This document shows, one piece after another, positions 57,963-64,000 of a DNA stretch of 64,000 nucleotides; positions within the stretch are counted from its first letter, which is position 1, and each line of letters opens with the position of its first letter. Under the pieces are notes generated by a model. The model was not told the origin of the DNA, did not search any database, and saw nothing but the letters and a program-made list of their open reading frames with translations. The stretch is from Gemmatimonadota bacterium. GTDB taxonomy: Bacteria; Gemmatimonadota; Gemmatimonadetes; Palauibacterales; Palauibacteraceae. The stretch covers positions 608,001 to 672,000 of the forward strand of contig OY762926.1 of the NCBI GenBank assembly GCA_963666735.1, in the 5' to 3' direction. Made by a program: the position numbers and the translations under genes.

Positions 57963-59509
57963 TGGCCCTCTACGACGGGCACTGGATCCTGACCGCGCTC
58001 GTGGTCCTCCCCCTCATCGGCGGAGCCGCCTGTCTCGCCGTGCCCGAGGCGCGCGCGAAGACGGTCGCCCTGGCGACGACGCTGGTCCTGTTCGCACTCT
58101 CGCTGCCGCTCTTCTGGACCTTCGACACGGCGGAGCCGGGATTCCAGAACCTCGTCTCCATCGCGTGGGTCGAGGCGTGGGGAATCTCCTATGCGGTGGG
58201 CGTGGATGGGATCTCGATCCTCATGATCCTGCTCACGACCTTCACGATGCCGTTGGCGGTGGCGGGTTCGTTCTCCTACATCCGGCAGCGGCAGCGAGCC
58301 TTCTACGCAATGCTCCTCTTCCTCACGACGGGGATGATCGGCGTCTTCATCGCCCTCGATCTATTCCTGTTCTACGTGTTCTGGGAGATCATGCTGATTC
58401 CGATGTACTTCCTCATCGGCGTCTGGGGCGGGGAGCGCCGGATCTATTCCGCCGTGAAGTTCTTCCTCTACACGGCGGTGGGCTCGCTCCTGATGCTGGT
58501 CGCGATCGTGACCCTCGCCTGGATCTTTCAGGACGGCTCGGGGGCGTGGAGCTTCGCCTACGAGGATCTCGTGTCGCTCGAGCTCGCCCGGCGCGCGCAG
58601 CTCTGGCTCTTCGCGGGGTTCGCGCTCGCGTTCGCGATCAAGGTGCCGCTCTTCCCGTTCCATACCTGGCTGCCCGACGCGCACGTGGAAGCCCCGACGG
58701 CGGGCTCCGTGATTCTGGCGGGGGTGCTGCTCAAGATGGGCGTGTACGGGTTTCTGCGTTTCGGGCTTCCCTTCTTCCCGGCCGCGGCCACGGATCCCAT
58801 CGTCGTCAACACGATGCTCGTGCTGGGACTGATCGGGATCCTCTATGCGGCCTGGGTGGCGGCCGTCCAGCCGGACGCGAAGAAGCTCATCGCCTACACC
58901 TCTGTCGCCCACCTCGGCTTCGTCGTGCTCGGCGTGTTCGGGCTCACGACGCAGGGCATCGAGGGCGGCATCCTCCAGATGGTGAACCACGGGATTTCGA
59001 CCGGGGCGCTCTTCCTCCTCATCGGGATGCTGTACGAGCGGCGCCACTCGCGGCAGATCGCGGACTTCGGCGGCATCGCGAAAGTGATGCCGGTGTTCGC
59101 CTTCGCGCTCGTCGTCGTCGCGCTGTCTTCCGTTGGCCTTCCGGGGACGAACGGTTTCATCGGCGAGTTTCTCATCCTCGTGGGGACGTTCAGGACGCAC
59201 CCGTGGGTCGCGGCGATCGCGACGACCGGCGTGATCTTCGCGGCCTGCTACATGCTGCCCATGGTGCAGCGGATTCTCTTCAACCGCCTCGATCGCGAAG
59301 AAAACCGCACGCTCACCGACGTGAACCGCCGGGAACGCCTGATTCTCGCGCCGCTTCTCGCGCTGATCCTGCTCATCGGCGTGTGGCCGGGCCCCTTCCT
59401 GAACCGGACGCGCGCGTCCGTGGAAGCGCTCATCGAGCACGTGGAGGTGCGGTCGGCCGGCGTGCCTTCGGCGGACGCCGTGTCCGCCGAAGCCGGGGGA
59501 GGGGAGTGA
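57962..59509 (+). CDS. nuoM: NADH-quinone oxidoreductase subunit M
   Basis: FYVFWE, KVPLFPFHTWLPDAHVEAPT, LLKMG, GLPGTNGFIGE. Confidence 0.97.
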   Translation: MALYDGHWILTALVVLPLIGGAACLAVPEARAKTVALATTLVLFALSLPLFWTFDTAEPGFQNLVSIAWVEAWGISYAVGVDGISILMILLTTFTMPLAVAGSFSYIRQRQRAFYAMLLFLTTGMIGVFIALDLFLFYVFWEIMLIPMYFLIGVWGGERRIYSAVKFFLYTAVGSLLMLVAIVTLAWIFQDGSGAWSFAYEDLVSLELARRAQLWLFAGFALAFAIKVPLFPFHTWLPDAHVEAPTAGSVILAGVLLKMGVYGFLRFGLPFFPAAATDPIVVNTMLVLGLIGILYAAWVAAVQPDAKKLIAYTSVAHLGFVVLGVFGLTTQGIEGGILQMVNHGISTGALFLLIGMLYERRHSRQIADFGGIAKVMPVFAFALVVVALSSVGLPGTNGFIGEFLILVGTFRTHPWVAAIATTGVIFAACYMLPMVQRILFNRLDREENRTLTDVNRRERLILAPLLALILLIGVWPGPFLNRTRASVEALIEHVEVRSAGVPSADAVSAEAGGGE

Positions 59510-59510
59510 C

Positions 59511-61037
59511 GTGAGTTACTGGGTCGCGCTCCTGCCGGAAGTCATCCTGTCGCTGGCGGCCATGTTCATCCTCATGCGCGACGCCTTCGTGCGCCCGGGC
59601 GAGGGCGGCGGGGACGCGGCGGCGGGAGGCGGCGCCGGCGAGCAGGGACGGATGTCCGTCGACTGCCTCGTCACGCTGTACTCGATCGCGGGCGCCCTTA
59701 TCGCGAGTCTCTGGCTCATGGACGCCTCCGGTCCGCCGGACGCGATGATCGCGCTCGACGGCTTCCGCGTGGCGGCGGACGTGATCCTGCTCGGCGGAGC
59801 CCTGCTCGTGGTGTCGCTCTCGCGCGACTACCTGAGCCGGGAGGGGATGCGTTCCCCCGAGTTCCATGCGCTGATTCTCCTCGCCCTCGTCGGGATGATG
59901 GTGCTCGTCGCGGCGCGCGACCTCATCCTCCTCTTCGTCGGCCTCGAGCTGATGTCGCTCTCCGTCTACGTCCTCACCGGATACGTGCGGAAGAACCCGC
60001 GCTCCTCCGAGGCGAGCCTCAAGTACTTCATCGTCGGCGCCTTCGCGAGCGCCTTCGTCGTGTACGGGATCGCGCTCCTCTACGGGGCCACCGGGACGAC
60101 GCGCCTGGCCACCGCCGCCGAGCGAATCGCGGCCGCGCCGGCCGGGGGGGATCTCCTCCTCGTCGCCGGCATCGGCCTCCTGCTCATCGGTTTCGCGTTC
60201 AAGATCGCCGCCGTGCCCTTCCATATGTGGGCCCCGGACGCCTACGACGGCGCCCCGACGCCGGTGACCTCGTTCATGGCGACGGGAGTCAAGGCGGCTG
60301 CCTTCATCGCCCTCCTGCGCGTGTTGACCGTGGATCTGGGGGGCGCGGCCGAAGTGTGGAGGGGCGCCGTGTGGTGGCTGGCGATCCTGACCATGATCGT
60401 GCCCAACCTGGTTGCGCTGTCGCAGCAGGATGTGAAGCGGATGCTCGCCTACTCCTCGGTGGCCCACGCCGGATACCTCCTCGTCGGCGTCGTCGCGGCC
60501 TCCGAACTGGGACGATCCGCCTCGCTCTTCTATCTCGCGGCGTACACCGTGGTGACCGCGGGGAGCTTCGCCATCGTCTTCCACGTGGCGGGGCGCGGCG
60601 ACCGGAACCAGCGCGTGCGTGACTACCGGGGACTGGGTTGGCGGCGTCCGATGCTCGGAGCCGCGTTCCTCGTTTTCCTGCTCTCGCTGGCCGGCTTCCC
60701 GCCCACGGCGGGCTTCGTCGGCAAGCTGTACCTGCTTCGGGCCGCGGTGGATGCGGGGGAGATGTCGCTGGCGGTCACGCTCGTTCTGACCAGCCTCGCC
60801 GCCTACTACTACTACCTCCGCGTGGTGTGGAAGATGTATTTCGAGGCGGCCCCGGAGGATGTCCACGCGCCGCCGTCTCCCAAACCGGGGTTCAACCTCG
60901 TGGTCGGGATCTGCGTGGCGCTGATCCTTCTCGGCGGCCTCTTCCCGGGACGCCTCATCGACCGGGCTCGCGATGCCCTCGCGGAAACGCCCGCGCCGGG
61001 CATGGTCGTCCAGGCCGAGGACCCGCCAGCCCCATAA
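59511..61037 (+). CDS. nuoN: NADH-quinone oxidoreductase subunit N
   Basis: EASLKYF, FKIAAVPFHMWAPDAYDGAP, KRMLAYSS, SLAGFPP..GF.GK. Confidence 0.96.
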   Translation: MSYWVALLPEVILSLAAMFILMRDAFVRPGEGGGDAAAGGGAGEQGRMSVDCLVTLYSIAGALIASLWLMDASGPPDAMIALDGFRVAADVILLGGALLVVSLSRDYLSREGMRSPEFHALILLALVGMMVLVAARDLILLFVGLELMSLSVYVLTGYVRKNPRSSEASLKYFIVGAFASAFVVYGIALLYGATGTTRLATAAERIAAAPAGGDLLLVAGIGLLLIGFAFKIAAVPFHMWAPDAYDGAPTPVTSFMATGVKAAAFIALLRVLTVDLGGAAEVWRGAVWWLAILTMIVPNLVALSQQDVKRMLAYSSVAHAGYLLVGVVAASELGRSASLFYLAAYTVVTAGSFAIVFHVAGRGDRNQRVRDYRGLGWRRPMLGAAFLVFLLSLAGFPPTAGFVGKLYLLRAAVDAGEMSLAVTLVLTSLAAYYYYLRVVWKMYFEAAPEDVHAPPSPKPGFNLVVGICVALILLGGLFPGRLIDRARDALAETPAPGMVVQAEDPPAP

Positions 61038-62404
61038 TGCCGATACCCTCCGGAATCTTCCGCGAATACGACATTCGCGGGATCGTCGGGGACGACCTGA
61101 CGGAGACGGCGGCCGAACTCGTGGGGCGCGCCTTCGGGACCGAGCTTGCCGAACGTCCGGCGCCGCGCGTCGTCGTCGGACACGACAACCGACCCTCGTC
61201 TCCAGCCCTCTCGGCGGCGTTGTGCCGCGGTCTTTGCGCGGCCGGCGCCGACGTGACGACGATCGGAACCGTCCCCACGCCGACCCTTTATTTTGCGGCC
61301 ATCGAGTTCGGGACGGACGCGGCGATTCAGATCACGGGGTCCCACAATCCGCCCGAATACAACGGCATCAAGATGGTGCGGGACGGCGGGGCGCTCTACG
61401 GCTCGGCGATCCGGGCCCTCCGAGTCCGGATCGAGGCGGAGGCCTTCGCGTCGGGCCGGGGAGAGATCCGGGAAGCGGAGATCCTCGACCGCTACGTCGA
61501 GGAGATCGCCGCGCGCGGACGGGTCGAGGGCGACGTGCGCATGGTGCTCGATTGCGGGAACGGAGTGGGGAGCGTCGTCGCCGTGCGCGCCCTGACCGCC
61601 GCCGGGATCGACGTGGACGGCCTCTACTGCGAGTCGGACGGAACCTTCCCGAACCACCATCCGGATCCGACGGTGGATGAGTACATCCAGGACCTCATGG
61701 CACGCGTCCGCGGGACCCGAGCGGATCTCGGCGTGGGACTCGACGGGGATGCGGACCGGATCGGCGCGGTGACGGAGGAGGGGGAGATCATCCGCGGCGA
61801 CCACCTGCTTCTTCTGTTCGCGCGAGAGGTGCTGGCGGAGCGGCCGGGGGCCGAGGTCGTGTTCGATGTGAAGTGTTCGCAGGCGCTGCCACGCGTCATT
61901 CGCGCCCACGGCGGCGTTCCCGTCATGTGGAAGACGGGACACTCGCTCATCAAAGAGCGCATGCGGGCCGGGAGATCTCCCATAGCAGGTGAGATGAGCG
62001 GCCATATCTGCTTTGCGGACAGATTCTTCGGGACGGATGATGCGATCTATGCGGCCGCTCGCCTCGCGGGTCTCGTGTCCCGCTCGGGGCGCCCTCTCTC
62101 CGAGTTGGCGGCGGAAATTCCAGGCTACCCCTCCACGCCCGAACTGCGCCTCGACTGTCCGGAGGAGCGGAAGTTCGGCCTTGTGGCGGAGGCCGTGCGC
62201 TTCTTCCGGGAGCGTTACGAGGTCATCGACATCGACGGCGCGCGCGTCCTGTTCGACGGCGGGTGGTTGCTGATCCGGGCGAGCAACACGCAGCCGGTCG
62301 TCGTGGCGCGCGTCGAGGCGGACACGGAAGCGCGCATGCGGGAAATCGCGGACGTCGCTCGGACGTTCCTGTCCGGTCAAGGGGTCGACCTGCCGGCGGT
62401 TTGA
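61037..62404 (+). CDS. Phosphomannomutase/phosphoglucomutase
   Basis: FREYDIRG, TGSHNP..YNG.K, DGDADR, GEMSGH, RASNTQP. Confidence 0.96.
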   Translation: MPIPSGIFREYDIRGIVGDDLTETAAELVGRAFGTELAERPAPRVVVGHDNRPSSPALSAALCRGLCAAGADVTTIGTVPTPTLYFAAIEFGTDAAIQITGSHNPPEYNGIKMVRDGGALYGSAIRALRVRIEAEAFASGRGEIREAEILDRYVEEIAARGRVEGDVRMVLDCGNGVGSVVAVRALTAAGIDVDGLYCESDGTFPNHHPDPTVDEYIQDLMARVRGTRADLGVGLDGDADRIGAVTEEGEIIRGDHLLLLFAREVLAERPGAEVVFDVKCSQALPRVIRAHGGVPVMWKTGHSLIKERMRAGRSPIAGEMSGHICFADRFFGTDDAIYAAARLAGLVSRSGRPLSELAAEIPGYPSTPELRLDCPEERKFGLVAEAVRFFRERYEVIDIDGARVLFDGGWLLIRASNTQPVVVARVEADTEARMREIADVARTFLSGQGVDLPAV

Positions 62405-62469
62405 CGCGAGATTCCAAGCTCTCCGCCACACCCATGCGGGACCCGAAACGGGGGCATGACGAAGATCCG

Positions 62470-63630
62470 ATGAACATTCACGAATACCAGGCGCGGCGGA
62501 TTCTCGCCCGGCACGGCATCCCCGTGCCGGAGGCCGAGGTCGCCGCGACGGCGGAGGAAGCCGCGGGGGCGGCCGAACGCTTCGGCGGACCGGTGGTCGT
62601 CAAGGCCCAGGTCCACGCCGGAGGGCGCGGCAAGGCGGGAGGCGTGAAGCTCGCCGCGACGTCGGCCGAGGCGCGCAGCAGCGCCGAGGCCATCCTCGGG
62701 ATGGAGATCAAGGGAATCGAGGTGCGGCGGGTCCTCGTCGCGCCGGCCGAGGACATCGCATCCGAGGCCTACGTCGGGATTGTGCTCGACCGCGCGCGCC
62801 AGGCGGACACGATCATGGTCTCGTCCGAGGGCGGCGTCGACATCGAGGAGGTGGCCGCGACGATGCCCGAGGCGATCCGAAGGGTCGCCGTGGACCCGCG
62901 CTACGGACTTCTCGCCCACCAGGCCGCCCTCCTCGGCCACCACCTCTACGACGACCCGCGTGCGGCGCGGCAGGCTTCGTCCATCATTGCGAAGCTGTAC
63001 GAGGCGTACCGGGCGAGCGGCGCCACGCTGGCGGAGATCAACCCGATGATCGTGAACCCCGCCGGAGAGGTGAAGGCGATCGATGCGAAGATGAACATCG
63101 ACGACAACGCTCTCTTCCGGCTGCCCGAAATCGCGGCGCTTCGGGACACGGGGGCGGAGAATCCGGCCGAGGTCCGGGCACGCGAGGCCGAGCTTTCCTA
63201 CATCCAGCTCGATGGCAACGTCGGGTGCTGCGTGAACGGGGCCGGCCTCGCGATGGCCACCATGGACCTGGTCAAGTACTACGGCGGCGAGCCCGCGAAC
63301 TTCCTCGACATCGGGGGTTCCTCGAATCCCGGCAAGGTCGTGGCGGCGCTCGCACTCATCACGGAGGATCCGAACGTGAACTCGATTCTGTTCAACATCT
63401 TCGGCGGGATCACGCGCTGCGACGATGTCGCGAACGGGATCGTCGAGGCGACGAGCCGCATGGAACTCGGGGTTCCGATCACGATCCGCCTCACGGGAAC
63501 GAACGAGGAGGAGGGGGTCGCGATCCTCGCTTCGCGGGGCTTCGAGGCGATGGTGGACATGGACCGGGCGGTCGAGACCGCCGTCCGCCAGGGCGCGACG
63601 CGGGGGTTCGCCACGGACGGCGGCCGCTGA
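62470..63630 (+). CDS. sucC: Succinyl-CoA synthetase beta subunit
   Basis: [43 protein letters not shown]. Confidence 0.97.
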   Translation: MNIHEYQARRILARHGIPVPEAEVAATAEEAAGAAERFGGPVVVKAQVHAGGRGKAGGVKLAATSAEARSSAEAILGMEIKGIEVRRVLVAPAEDIASEAYVGIVLDRARQADTIMVSSEGGVDIEEVAATMPEAIRRVAVDPRYGLLAHQAALLGHHLYDDPRAARQASSIIAKLYEAYRASGATLAEINPMIVNPAGEVKAIDAKMNIDDNALFRLPEIAALRDTGAENPAEVRAREAELSYIQLDGNVGCCVNGAGLAMATMDLVKYYGGEPANFLDIGGSSNPGKVVAALALITEDPNVNSILFNIFGGITRCDDVANGIVEATSRMELGVPITIRLTGTNEEEGVAILASRGFEAMVDMDRAVETAVRQGATRGFATDGGR

Positions 63631-64000
63631 TGGGGATCTTCATCGGCGACGATACGAGGCTCGTGGTCCAGGGGATCACGGGGCGCGACGGCTCGTTCCA
63701 CACTCGGCAAATGATGGAGTACGGCACACGGGTCGTGGCCGGCGTGACCCCGGGGAAGGGCGGCCGGACGTTCGACGACACCGTGCCGGTGTTCGACACC
63801 GTGGAGGAGGCGGTGGCCGAGGCGAATGCGAACGCGAGCGTCATCTACGTGCCCGCTCGCTTCGCGGCGGATGCGGTATTCGAGGCGGCGGACGCGGGGA
63901 TCGCTCTCATCGTCTGCATCACGGAGGGCGTGCCCGTGGGGGACATGCTGCGCGTGCTGCCGTACGTGCGGGAAAAGGGTGCGCGTCTCATCGGCCCGAA
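63630..64000 (+). CDS. sucD: Succinyl-CoA synthetase alpha subunit (partial, runs off the window end)
   Basis: Manual translation [25 protein letters not shown]...GVTPGKGG...ITEGVP; TGATG coupling to sucC. Confidence 0.95.
   Translation, partial: MGIFIGDDTRLVVQGITGRDGSFHTRQMMEYGTRVVAGVTPGKGGRTFDDTVPVFDTVEEAVAEANANASVIYVPARFAADAVFEAADAGIALIVCITEGVPVGDMLRVLPYVREKGARLIGP

Overview
High-GC bacterial chromosomal window. Gene order and protein style suggest Gemmatimonadota, possibly a Palauibacter-like lineage; this is inference only. The first ~4.7 kb is accessory: a minus-strand gene pair (a fulvocin C-like, 8-Cys secreted-peptide precursor overlapping a beta-propeller gene) behind a strong sigma70-type promoter, a mosaic of ISNCY, IS630 and enoyl-CoA hydratase remnants, and an apparently intact IS1380-family element. 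A four-gene RND efflux operon with two different permeases follows. The remainder is core genome: PPIase, DmpA-like peptidase, ETF-QO, plsC-like, citrate synthase, pepA, yicC-gmk-rpoZ-coaBC-udg-dnaB-ispD-tsaC-LMW phosphatase-aroE-comF-gap-pgk-tpiA-secG, rnhA, carA, sppA, IHF/HU, aminotransferase, moaDEA, dcd, a full nuoA-N operon with fused C/D, PMM/PGM and sucCD. The best leads are the fulvocin-like peptide/propeller/RND neighbourhood, an RNase HI lacking the canonical catalytic Glu, an ETF-QO with only three cluster Cys, and two small proteins missed by the ORF track, one behind a structured leader. All assignments come from recognising motifs by eye; no searches were run.
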